DNA from: an uncultured Bacteroidales bacterium
GTDB lineage: Bacteria > Bacteroidota > Bacteroidia > Bacteroidales > UBA10428
NCBI GenBank assembly: GCA_963717995.1
Contig: CAVQXX010000001.1
Coordinates: forward strand, 14,187 to 78,186
DNA: 64,000 nucleotides
Direction: 5' to 3'
Made by a program: the position numbers and the translations under genes
Part shown: positions 50,320 to 59,976 of the stretch, one piece after another
Layout of the letters: each line of letters begins with the position of its first letter
Numbering within the stretch: position 1 is the stretch's first letter
Notes under the pieces: model-generated
Told to the model about the DNA's origin: nothing
What the model saw: only the letters and a program-made list of their open reading frames with translations
Databases searched by the model: none

Positions 50320-51534
50320 TCACTTGCCCCGCAGACTACCGCCCTTCTGACGAGGAGGAAATTCGGCCAAAGTTCTCATGTGGGCCGCAATCGCATCCTG
50401 CACCTGTCCGCCCCACGCCACTCCGAGTTTCATGGCAACTTCGCGCGATTTCCACTGATCATGAATTTCAAATGGATCCTGTCTCAGGTTGAACAACAAG
50501 GCGCTCGGCCTATTGTAATCAAAGAATCCCTCACGTATCATAAAGTGCGATTTCCAGTTTCCAATCCTTAATGCGGTCAGTTCGCTCTCATTATAGTAAT
50601 ATTCGATGGTGCGGTTTGAAGGAGAATCACCGGTCCAATGGTTCAGGTTGTTCACGCCGTCAATGTACACATGACTGGACTCACGAAGTTTTTCCTGTAT
50701 ATTGTCGATTCCACACGCAGCTGCCAGGGTGGCAAAGATATCCGTATGATCCTGGATTCCGTTGGAAACCTTACCTGCAGGTATTCTGGCCGGCCATCGT
50801 ATCAGCATGGGTACCCGCACTCCGCCTTCCCAGGTAGTCGCTTTTTCTCCACGGAAAGGAGTTGTACCGCCATCCGGGAACCAGTCTGCCATAGCTCCGT
50901 TATCGCTGGTAAATAAAATGATTGTGTTTTCCGCAATTCCCAGTTCATCCAGTTTCTTTAGCAATTCAGCAACCATGGCATCCAATTCCATCATTCCGCT
51001 TCCGTAAATATCAAATTCAGAGGAATAGGGAGTTGCCAGGTTCTTGTTTTCCGGTCGCAAATGGGTGTATATGTGCATCCGGGTTGGGTTAAACCACACG
51101 AAAAACGGGTCGCCCCCGCTAACGGACCGCTGCATAAAATCGGTGGTGCGTGCCAAAAACTCATCATCGATGGTTTCCATCCTTTTGGGATCGAGAGGGC
51201 CTGTATCCTTGATGGTTTGTTTGCCCACCTTGCCAAAACGTCCATCCACTGTCGGATCATCGGTATTGCTGGCCTTGCAATCCAGCACTCCGCGGGGCTT
51301 ATACCTGCCGTCAAATCCTGCATCTTTCGGCCAGCTTTGGAGAAAAGGTTCTTCCTCTGTATTCAGATGATACAGGTTTCCATAGAACTCATCAAATCCA
51401 TGTACCGTGGGAAGATGCTCATTCCGGTCGCCCAGGTGGTTTTTACCGAATTGTGCGGTACGATACCCGAGTGTTTTGAGCACTTCTGCAAGGGTTGGAT
51501 CCTTTTCGCTTAAACCGATCGGAGAACCGGCCAT
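50320..51534 (-). pseudogene. sulfatase lacking its N-terminal ~80-100 aa (signal peptide, metal-binding Asp pair, CxPxR)
   Basis: The ORF begins at ...MAGSPIGLSEKDPTLAEVLKTLGYRTAQFGKNHLG, a mid-sulfatase region. The in-frame upstream codon is a stop. Only ~170 bp remain before the divergent gene at 51707. Confidence 0.7.
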
Positions 51535-51706
51535 CCAAAGGTTACGTTTCCAATTGAAGTATTGTATGTACTATCATTGTTTACAAGCATTTGAAGCCAT
51601 GCATCACCTGTGAAGTTGCTAGGGGAAAAGAGCATTTTTATCAGGCTTAAATTCTTCTTTTTTTCGTTAATTTTACCTTGAATATTTTACCCGGAATTCT
51701 TAAATC

Positions 51707-52300
51707 ATGTCTGTACCTAAATGCCATATAAGCTTAATTGTCCTGGTTAGCCTGATATCAGGCCAGGCTTTTTCGCAAGGTATTAGTTACCGTGATACCC
51801 TTACTTTGGATAACTCTGAACAACTAAAGCTAAAGCCCAGGATGGTTTATTCTGTTGGAAGCACTTTTTTGTTTATTCCTCATCATGGAAATGTTACCGG
51901 TTTTACAGTATCCCCTTCTTTGTCGGTTCCGGTGTCTCCACATTTATCTTTTAATGGCGGAATTATTGCAGGACGTTATTATTCTAATTTACAGTATCCT
52001 ACACATGAAGGATCAATGTATGGAGCATTTAATGAAATATCTGTATTTGGATCAGCTAATTACCATGTAAATTCCCAGTTGACTTTTTATGGAGCAGGAA
52101 TAAAACGACTCACAGCCCCTTCTCCTTTTAACACTCTCCCCAATAGCAGTTACACCATTGGATCTACATATAAATTCGGAAATTTTTCAATCGGAGTTGC
52201 TATGCAGATGTCACAATGGAATAATAACTTCAACTCCTTTCCAATAAATGGCCGCCAGGGTTTTTATTCTCCTTTTAGGCAAAGTCAGGGAATTTGGTGA
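51707..52300 (+). CDS. hypothetical secreted protein, possibly a small beta-barrel
   Basis: Signal peptide and 197-aa ORF; no motif recognised. Confidence 0.4.
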   Translation: MSVPKCHISLIVLVSLISGQAFSQGISYRDTLTLDNSEQLKLKPRMVYSVGSTFLFIPHHGNVTGFTVSPSLSVPVSPHLSFNGGIIAGRYYSNLQYPTHEGSMYGAFNEISVFGSANYHVNSQLTFYGAGIKRLTAPSPFNTLPNSSYTIGSTYKFGNFSIGVAMQMSQWNNNFNSFPINGRQGFYSPFRQSQGIW

Positions 52301-52352
52301 ACTTTGGTCACCGAATAGGTCACATTTGGGTTTTAATCAATAAACAATAGCA

Positions 52353-52991
52353 ATGCAAAGTGCAGAAAGTCTTAAAAGGAGAATAGAAATGGAAGAAAGA
52401 AATGATTTCAGAAGAGAATCTCCTTCCGAATCCACAACAATCAAAGTATCGGACGATTCAAACTCAAGTGAGATCCTTGTCTTTACGTCCCTGTGTAATG
52501 TCTATAAAGTTCAGAAAAAGGAACTTACGGACAGGTTTCAGGCACTTCAGAAAATTGATCTTGAACCCGGAGAAAGGCCAATCTATCTGACAGGTGAAAA
52601 GAGATATAAAGGTTTTCTGATCGTGGCATTTGAAAACGGGAAAATCGGGAAAATTTCTATGGAAAGTTATCAGACCGAGTATACAAGGAAAAAACTCAGG
52701 AATGCTTTCAATAACGAATCGCGTCTGATCTTTATTGAACTCATTGAACATGATATTGATCTGGTTGCCATGAGCAGCATTAAGAAGGTTGTCTTATTCA
52801 ACACATCTCAGATCAATTCAGTGGGAAGCAGGTCAACAAAAGGGGTTCAGGTTATGAAACCGAAGGATGGCAGTTCAATGATCAGAGTTAAACGGCTGGA
52901 AAATGCAAAACTTACTGAACCTGATTATTACCGCAAGAGTGAGTCACTTAATGCAATCGGATTTTATCTGAAACCCGGAGACGAAATCTAA
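52353..52991 (+). CDS. GyrA/ParC C-terminal beta-pinwheel-like protein (stand-alone, possibly a gene fragment)
   Basis: Blade-like repeats (ILVFTSLCNVYKV; LIVAFENGKIGKISMESY; VVLFNTSQINSVGSRSTKGVQVMK) with no topoisomerase N-terminal domain upstream. Confidence 0.45.
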   Translation: MQSAESLKRRIEMEERNDFRRESPSESTTIKVSDDSNSSEILVFTSLCNVYKVQKKELTDRFQALQKIDLEPGERPIYLTGEKRYKGFLIVAFENGKIGKISMESYQTEYTRKKLRNAFNNESRLIFIELIEHDIDLVAMSSIKKVVLFNTSQINSVGSRSTKGVQVMKPKDGSSMIRVKRLENAKLTEPDYYRKSESLNAIGFYLKPGDEI

Positions 52992-53080
52992 TTCCTGGCA
53001 CATCAACTTAGGTTTAGCATACCAGATAGATTCTTCAGGGAATAGAATTTTGTACTACTTTTTGTAATACAAATGAAAAT

Positions 53081-53109
53081 GGCCTCGTAAATATCAGATT
53101 TACAAGGCC
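53081..53109 (+). terminator. hairpin plus T-rich tail
   Basis: GGCCTCGTAAAT-atcag-ATTTACAAGGCC (one mismatch) followed by ATTTGATTTT. Confidence 0.4.
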
Positions 53110-53202
53110 ATTTGATTTTGAGGGTCGGGGTGAGAAGACTCCCGCATTATTTTCTAATAAACTGATATTCAATATAAAGACTTGATTTTCAAAGTTTTTA
53201 AG

Positions 53203-53283
53203 GTTCATAAAAAATGATGCAAAAAATGCCTATAGCATCAATATTCATTGACTTTGTATTGAAAGTTCATAATTGGTTCATAA
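53203..53283 (+). repeat. three direct GTTCATAA repeats upstream of the integrase (candidate arm-type or regulatory sites)
   Basis: GTTCATAA at 53203, 53265 and 53276. Confidence 0.3.
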
Positions 53284-53288
53284 AATTA

Positions 53289-53296
53289 TATCTTTG
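53289..53296 (+). promoter_or_regulatory. Bacteroidetes -7 box (TAnnTTTG)
   Basis: TATCTTTG, 24 nt upstream of the ATG at 53320. Confidence 0.4.
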
Positions 53297-53319
53297 TAAT
53301 TGCAATTAAAATACAAGTT

Positions 53320-54664
53320 ATGAAAAATATTGACCCTGTAAGCCTGCTTAAGGTGTTTAATAATAATGGGTACTCATATATTTACGTTTATTATAAGATA
53401 GAGGGCCAGGCTATTAGAATTAATACCAAATGCCGATGGATTAAGAAACAAAATGACAAGGGAGAACCTGTATAACTCACGAATGGAAAATGGAGATACC
53501 CTAAATCGGCAAATTGAAATCTTAAAAAGAAAAGTAGATTCATATATATTGGATGAACTTGTTAGCGGTGCATCGAATATAAATCAGAAGGGTTGCCAGA
53601 AATACATTAAGAATTATGAAAAGATGTTAAGTCTGAAGATGTTTCCTGATAAAATCCGAAAGGATGAAACATTTTTGGTTGATTATTATAAGAGGTTCTT
53701 CGAGTCAAAAAAGCATCGTCCCTTTATTAAGCCTATCTCGTTGAAAGAATTATGTGTCTCTCAGAATTTTCTTAAGGATTTTGAATTAAACACCAGTAAG
53801 AAATATTTATTGGATGATATAAATGAGTCATTTATAAACCGAATGATAACCTTTTCGCAAACAGAATTAAAAAAAGACCAGGGATATATAACAAAAGGCA
53901 AACTCCAACAAAATACACTTAAGAAGAGACTGGATGTGTTTAAGGAATTTCTTATCTGGCTTGCCGATAAGGATATTAAGAGTTATAATATCCACAAACT
54001 GTTCCCGAAGATAGAGAAAACGAGCAAAGATGTTGTTTATGTGACAACTGATGAAATTAAACAATTAATCGCAACAAGACCCAAAATAGAAGGTGACTAT
54101 AATCAAATGGCATTTGATTCTTTCATTTTTAACTGTGAAACTGGATTACGGTATCAGGATTTAAGCAATTTAACAAAAAACGATTTTAATAAAATCCCTG
54201 AAGGTTATATCTTAACCAAGGAATTGAACAAGCACAGCGTTAAATTTTCGAGTGTAAGTCAGATACCAATTATTGACCCTTTGCTAATAGAAATCATTGA
54301 AAAATATGAATTCCACTTTGGTTTGAAAAGTAATCAAGAATATAATCGAACGCTTCATAAAATATTTAAAAAACATGAATTATTCAAAGACCCAGTTACA
54401 GTTAAACGCAAATACATAAATGGGAAAGTAATAGGCGAAGACATGTTTAAGTATGATGTGATTACCTGTCATAGTTGCAGAAGGTCTATGATAACAAATG
54501 CTTTAATGAACGATTATAATGCTGCCCAAGTTATGCAAATGAGTGGTCATAAAAATCTCAAGATTTTGCAGAAGTACTCGAATTTTGCAAATAATGAATT
54601 GTTGCAGAAAAATCTTGAGCAGAAACTGAATGAATTAAAGAAAGCAAGTGCCCCTAAAACCTGA
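53320..54664 (+). pseudogene. Bacteroidetes-type tyrosine integrase, one frameshift near an A-rich run
   Basis: Catalytic region in ORF 53453..54664 (GLRYQDLSNL; HSCRRSMITNAL; MSGHKNLKILQKYSNF = R, HxxR, Y). An arm-binding-like N-terminus (MKNIDPVSLLKVFNNNGYSYIYVYYKIEGQAIRINTK) lies in another frame from 53320. The shift is at about 53443-53455. Confidence 0.8.
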
Positions 54665-55163
54665 AAACAACAATTCCAATTTTCTTAAACAAATCTGATT
54701 AGATTGAAACCAGAATCTTTCTCGAACAATTTTACAAAAAGTGAATAATTCAAAAATATTTCCTCAACCAAGAGATTTCTCGTTCATTTGCATAGAGGGT
54801 TTTTCCCCTGATATATCTTTCTTTGGTACTTTCTTTATTAATATTTTAGAAAAAAACATATAATAAAGAAAATAAGAAATATAGGCAGTGTGATTATAAC
54901 CATCACCTATGCCCCTTTACATAGTATTCATCCAATTCATTTTTTATCAGTTGCCTGTTGAGAACCCAACTCAGCGCAGGTCTTGTCGGATGTATTTTCC
55001 ACCGTGATTACAACCAAGTTACAAAACTTTTTGTCGGTTCTAAATTGTACTAACTTGATAACAACCATGTTGACATTCCCACATGCAGAATTACTATCAA
55101 ATAGCGTTGTAACTTTATTTAAGCCGATAACAGTTATTAGATCCAGTAGGATAAGTAATAAAC

Positions 55164-55243
55164 GAAGGTGGGAGAGCATCCGCATCATTTATCTTCAGTC
55201 TTTCGCTTGACAAGTAATTGAAGGTGGGAGAGCATCCGCATCA
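55164..55243. repeat. 24-bp perfect direct repeat x2 separated by 32 bp
   Basis: GAAGGTGGGAGAGCATCCGCATCA at 55164-55187 and 55220-55243. Weaker similarity (AAGTAAT) extends upstream of both copies. Confidence 0.75.
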
Positions 55244-55369
55244 ATTACATCACAAATTTACCACAAATGTCCTGAATATGCAAGGATTTTTCTAAAAACA
55301 GGCAATCTTTATAGTACTATAAAACTCTAATCCAGTAACTTGTGCTTCATCGTTTTATCAACAGATTTA

Positions 55370-55612
55370 TTAATCAAGACCCTCAAGGTCACTAAGGTCA
55401 CACCCGTAACAATCAAGTATTGAAAATAATCGGAGAATTGAAATATTACAAGCATACTCACCACGTTGAATTTGCCGTCTGGTAACACCCATATCAAAAT
55501 AACCATCTTGTTTTTTACCGTCCGCAAATCTCATTTCCTTCAACAGTACGGCAAGATTCTCAAGACGTTCTTGATGATGAGGTGGAACAACTCTTTTAGG
55601 TTTCTGATTCAT
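55370..55612 (-). CDS. small HTH (XRE-like) protein
   Basis: 80 aa from MNQKPKRV. LENLAVLLKEMR...GVTRRQIQRGE...ISILRLFSIL resembles an HTH_XRE fold. Confidence 0.45.
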   Translation of the reverse strand: MNQKPKRVVPPHHQERLENLAVLLKEMRFADGKKQDGYFDMGVTRRQIQRGEYACNISILRLFSILDCYGCDLSDLEGLD

Positions 55613-55885
55613 TGAGTCCTGGTTTAAAATAAATACTATCCAGTTTGAGAAATTGAACCTTATCAGGTGCAATAATTATTAAAATAAATCCACTTTATTG
55701 TTCCTTATTGAACCGATAACCTATGTTTTTGGGGTAAGAAATGCTTGAAAAAAAAGAATTTGGCGAAATCAAAATATCGTACCATATTTATTTACAATGG
55801 TTTAAATACTGAATGTGCCACCTACACGCACGGCACACGATGGAAAAATCTCACGAGATTTAGAAAATATTGTTAAGAATAAAAT

Positions 55886-56137
55886 TCACCAGGTAATTCC
55901 TTTGAAAAAATCTTCAGGGGTGCAACCAATTGCTTTTAGTACTTCCAAGAATGAACTCATTTTATAATCCTCTCCTTTCTGCATCCGCCAAAGCGTCATA
56001 TTATTAATTTCATGACTTTTTGAAAACGATTTATAATTAGAATCCACTTCCTGTCGTAATATTGTTATTCGTTCTCCGATTTGTTTCATGGTTTCACCAA
56101 TTTCAGAAGGAAGTTCTGGGATGGTTCTTTTAGTCAT
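55886..56137 (-). CDS. XRE-family HTH transcriptional regulator
   Basis: 83 aa. IGERITILRQE...SFSKSHEINNMTLWRMQKGE...SFLEVLKAIGCTPEDFF is a typical Cro/C1-type HTH. Confidence 0.65.
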   Translation of the reverse strand: MTKRTIPELPSEIGETMKQIGERITILRQEVDSNYKSFSKSHEINNMTLWRMQKGEDYKMSSFLEVLKAIGCTPEDFFKGITW

Positions 56138-56178
56138 GAGATTATTTTTAAAAGTATTTTTTCAAAATTATAAAAAAA

Positions 56179-56221
56179 GCATAACATTTTATGCATGCAT
56201 AACGTATTATGCATATATTTG
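56179..56221. promoter_or_regulatory. tandem palindromic operators (GCATAA-N4-TTATGC x2) overlapping a TAnnTTTG -7 box
   Basis: GCATAAcattTTATGC (56179-94), GCATAAcgtaTTATGC (56197-212) and TATATTTG (56214-21). They lie between the divergent XRE gene and the small ORF. Confidence 0.4.
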
Positions 56222-56225
56222 TATC

Positions 56226-56411
56226 ATGAAAAAGAAATTTAGAATAATACAACAGACAATAAACCTCAGCATTGATTGCGATAACTCGCACAATTACTTG
56301 TTGTTAATGGAAACATTGGATTATGTACCGCAACGAATTTACCTGGTGGAAATGAAGAATTTTTTATTCTATGATTCGGAAATGAGGCATTATGTCATTA
56401 ACTCAAACTGA
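56226..56411 (+). CDS. hypothetical 61-aa protein
   Basis: ATG immediately after the -7 box (near-leaderless). No motif recognised. Confidence 0.3.
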   Translation: MKKKFRIIQQTINLSIDCDNSHNYLLLMETLDYVPQRIYLVEMKNFLFYDSEMRHYVINSN

Positions 56412-56448
56412 TTAAAAATGATACCTGAAGATTATCTCGCAGCACCAT

Positions 56449-56476
56449 ATTCACTTTTAATAAGAAGTGAATATTA
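56449..56476 (+). terminator. 10-bp-stem hairpin
   Basis: ATATTCACTT-ttaataag-AAGTGAATAT followed by TATTT. The left arm recurs as a direct repeat at 56539-56550. Confidence 0.35.
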
Positions 56477-56579
56477 TTTACTAAAACTCAATGATAATAA
56501 GCGTTCTGGAGACATATCCAATTTTCAATAGAATTTAAATATTCACTTTAATAATAGAACATATTTAACTGAATCTAAA

Positions 56580-57166
56580 ATGAGCAAAAAACTATCCATA
56601 ACCACTTCGGATTATCTTACTTGGGAGCAAAACATTAATCTGATACGAAAACTGAGTGACGATAAAGAATTTAAATTATCGCTATTAATTTCGTTTGGCT
56701 CATTTTGGGGGTTAGGATTGGGGATATTTTACGGTTACGTTGGATTGACATATTAAATAAAGAGGAGTTTACATTGACCGAAGGAAAAACTAAGAAATTA
56801 CGTGAAATAAAGATAAATGCACAACTAAGAAAGCACATTAACTATTGCTGTGAATCTATTTCACCAATATCGTTTGAAGAACCAATTTTTTTAAGCCAGA
56901 AGAAAACGGTTTATAGCGTCCAGAGAGTAAATGTTATCTTAAAGGAGATAAAAGTTCGTTACAACCTGAAAATAAAGAACTTTTCAAGCCACAGTTTTCG
57001 CAAAACATTTGGGAGACAGATATTTGAGGTAAGTGGTACTAATGCTGAGTTAAGTTTGGTCAAGTTGAGCCAGTTGTTTAATCATTCAAATCCTTCAATC
57101 ACAAGAAGGTACTTAGGAATTTCACAGCAGGAATTGTTAGACACGTATGATGTTTTGAGTTTCTAA
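56580..57166 (+). pseudogene. short (~195 aa) tyrosine recombinase, catalytic domain only, one frameshift at a T4/G5 run
   Basis: GVRIGDILRLRWIDI (R), HSFRKTFG (HxxR), SNPSITRRYLGI (Y). The N-terminal 42 codons from the ATG at 56580 are in another frame. The shift is at 56703-56711. Confidence 0.7.
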
Positions 57167-57532
57167 TACAAATCTCAGATGAATTAAAATATCTAACTTT
57201 TTTAGAAATTACTTTGGATGTTAATGTTTCATATTTCAATGTTGAGATTTAATTCAAGTTAGGACATGAAACATTTTTCGATTTCTATAAAAAATTTTAA
57301 ACGAAAACTTATATTTCAATGATAGTTCTTAAATTTGTTGAATATGAAATGTTGACACGATATAGTTTGATGAGGCAAGTTTGAAAATTATGCAGTATGA
57401 TTTTCAGTTGAAAAATACCTGTGTTATTTAGAAATAAATGAAATATTTGAGGCTAATTTGCAAATATGTGTTGCGTGAAGTATTTATTGCAGAAGGCTTA
57501 AATATGCATGAAGGAATAAAAATTGTCTCGTT

Positions 57533-58193
57533 ATGGCGAATGTTTTGAGATATGTAAGCAATTCAAAAAAGGGACTGGCAAGGGAGCAGAACCAAGACAG
57601 AGTTTTTATATTTGAAAACAGTAACGTTTTATTTATTTATACTGTTTGATGGGGTTAGTTCACTCCCGTTTAGTTTTTTATTTGCTGAAAATTTTAAAAG
57701 AAGAATCAGTGCGAAAATTCACCTGATTGATAATCAAGGAAACAATTTGGACAAATTGTTTTACGATGTTAATAGTGAAATGATAGGTTTGAGGATTTCT
57801 GGTAAGAGTACAATTTCCGCATTGTTCTTCAGCAAAATCAATGAAACAGCAAAGTATATTAATATTGGGGATACAAGAATATATGTTTTCACGAATCAGT
57901 TTCTTGAGCAGATTACAATTGATGATTCTCTTATTGGACTGGAAAATATAATTACGAAATGTCTCGGCAATGATTTAGCCATTGAAGATTTTCAACCAAA
58001 GAATATTGAAAAGCATTATAACTATCTTTTGTGTACGGATGGGTTTTACAAGATAATGGAAGAAGAATTAAAGGACTATTTTAATACTCTAAATTTTAAA
58101 AATCTCACAAACATTAAGAAGAAGATTACCTATCTTCAAAGACGGAAAAATCGGGATGATTCTTCATATATTTTAATTAAAAATGAAATTTAA
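57533..58193 (+). pseudogene. PP2C-family Ser/Thr phosphatase (~220 aa), one frameshift in a T-rich run
   Basis: PPM motifs in order: GLAREQNQD, ILFDGVSS, IGDTRIYVF, LLCTDGFY, RDDSSYILI. The first 38 codons (from the ATG at 57533) are offset by one base. The shift is at about 57625-57648. Confidence 0.65.
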
Positions 58194-58815
58194 AGCAGAG
58201 TCTGAACTTGTTCAAGTCCTCAAACAGAGGTTAAGTAATATCTCGAGTAGGAGTAATATAGGAATTTTTGAGGAAGTTTCACTGGGTTACGGTATTGCTG
58301 ATTTAGTTGTATGTGATTTTGCAATGCCAATGAGCAAAGTACAATCCTTCGAAATTCCACTAAACCATTCAGATGCCAATATTTATAACATTATTCAATT
58401 AAAAAGAATTGTTTCTTTTATTGAACTTATCGAAACAACACGATGTTCGAAAAAAGCGGTATCAGATTCTCTGAAGAAATTAATCAATTACAAATACATA
58501 AAACAAATTGATAATTCTTACGCTGTTAAAAGGAAGTATGAATTGCCATTTAGAAATAATTTTGCAATCGAGACAAAACTAAAGGATTGGAAGAGAGCAT
58601 TATATCAGGCATATAGGTACAAGTGGTTTGCGGAATTTGCATATGTAGTAATGGATGAACATTATGCAGAACCAGCAATTCAAAATCTTGACTTATTTAT
58701 CAGATATAATGTTGGCTTTGCAACTATCTCAACAAATGGTAATTTAATTCGATACTTTAATCCAAAGCGAAACAAACCTCATGACCCAATAATGCAAATC
58801 TTTTTGCAGAAATGA
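58183..58815 (+). CDS. PD-(D/E)xK nuclease-like protein with an internal winged-helix-like insert
   Basis: EEVSLGYGIADLVV ... AIETKLKDWK fits E/D...ExK spacing. Residues ~65-115 (IYNIIQLKRIVSFIELIETTRCSKKAVSDSLKKLINYKYI) look like a wHTH. The start overlaps the PP2C stop by 11 nt. Confidence 0.4.
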   Translation: MKFKAESELVQVLKQRLSNISSRSNIGIFEEVSLGYGIADLVVCDFAMPMSKVQSFEIPLNHSDANIYNIIQLKRIVSFIELIETTRCSKKAVSDSLKKLINYKYIKQIDNSYAVKRKYELPFRNNFAIETKLKDWKRALYQAYRYKWFAEFAYVVMDEHYAEPAIQNLDLFIRYNVGFATISTNGNLIRYFNPKRNKPHDPIMQIFLQK

Positions 58816-58937
58816 TTAAAAAAACTATGAGTTAGTAAGAAAGGTTTTCCAAGTGTTTAAATGATAGTTTCCACTCTCGTTATCTAAAAAAACCCCTTTG
58901 CTTTCAAGAGTATTGTAATTTTTATTTGCAAAATCAA

Positions 58938-59976
58938 TCAATTCGAGAACATATTCTTTTCTTTTCTTTTATCATTAATTATTGAAATAGTATTCAGAAG
59001 CCTCGAAATTGCAAGTAAATAATTCTTATTTACATCTGGTTTATGAATATTCCAGGGATAACCGTTTTTAAGAATGATATCAGAAAAAATGTTTTTTTCA
59101 TTTTTAATAATATTTAGGTTATCGGTATCACGAATTAAGGTGACGGAATCTGCTTTAACCATGTTTAATAATTTCTCGGAGAAATAGTAACCTTTTGAAC
59201 CGCCACCAGATTCATCTTCTGTAAAACGCTTAATGTCGAAATTTCTTAGATTTTCATATGTACCAATTGTTACATAATCAATATCAGTCAGTGCAAGCAT
59301 AATTATTGCATCCCAATTAGCATACGCATAAATTGTTTCAAAATCCTGCTGCTTTAATGTTTTTAGAACTTTTGATAGATTTCTAAGTACTTTAATATCA
59401 GTGGTTAATTTTTTTCTAAATTCAGGTTTATTCTCACAGACAATGAAGTAGCCATCGAATGAAACAATTCCTATCTGTACTTTCAAAAAGTATTTCTTCA
59501 ACTTTATCTTTATCAATAATTATGTGATTGGCAAAGGGTAAGGTCATGAAATACTTTTCTTCATCACTTTTTTTATACTTGATACATATCGATTGAAATT
59601 TTTTAATAGTATCGATAATATCATTAACTTCCTCATTTTCATAGAAATGCGGAATAATAATATTTTTGAATCCTCTTTCCTTTTGGAATTGGATAGATTG
59701 CTTTACACAACTTTCAAAATATACATTAGTAACTGATTTTTCATCGCAATTGGCAGTGTGAAATGGAAACTCATCAAGTTTGCCTTTTTTATTTTTTTTT
59801 CCATAAAATTGTAAATCAATCATTGAAATATCATGGACTTTTTGGAAATCCTTTCTTAAACCAAAGTCTATCCCATGACTAAAGGCTGTTATTAAAAAAT
59901 ACTCTCCGATTTGCTGTTCAAAATATGCTTCAGTATTCCAATTCGAATTATGTCCTAAAACGTGTGTAACTTTCAT
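58938..59976 (-). pseudogene. unassigned ~346-aa alpha/beta protein, one frameshift; translationally coupled to the kinase
   Basis: ORFs 59434..59976 and 58938..59516 join at about 59478-59490 (...VEEILFES/VQIGIVSFDGYFIV...). Alternating beta-alpha pattern; no family recognised. The ATG overlaps the kinase TGA (ATGA). Confidence 0.55.

Noticed and set aside
53110-53150. Possible tRNA 3' fragment or att site (GAGGGTCGGGGTGAGAAGACTCCCGC) next to the integrase
   Set aside because: It has no cloverleaf and no T-loop consensus (GGTTCRANYC). No matching direct repeat was found elsewhere in the window.
54937-55210. ORFs 54937..55188 (-) and 54983..55210 (+)
   Set aside because: They are mutually overlapping, hydrophobic or low-complexity, motif-free, and span the 24-bp repeats. 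The region is more likely non-coding.
55164-55243. Possible mini-CRISPR array (24-bp repeats, 32-bp spacer)
   Set aside because: There are only two repeat copies and no cas genes in the window. Flanking similarity extends beyond the 24-mer, so it is reported as a plain direct repeat instead.
58938-59976. The ~346-aa kinase-coupled protein as the vWA/TerY component of a TerY-P triad
   Set aside because: There is no DxSxS MIDAS motif at the first beta strand, and the size and pattern do not fit TerY. It is left unassigned.
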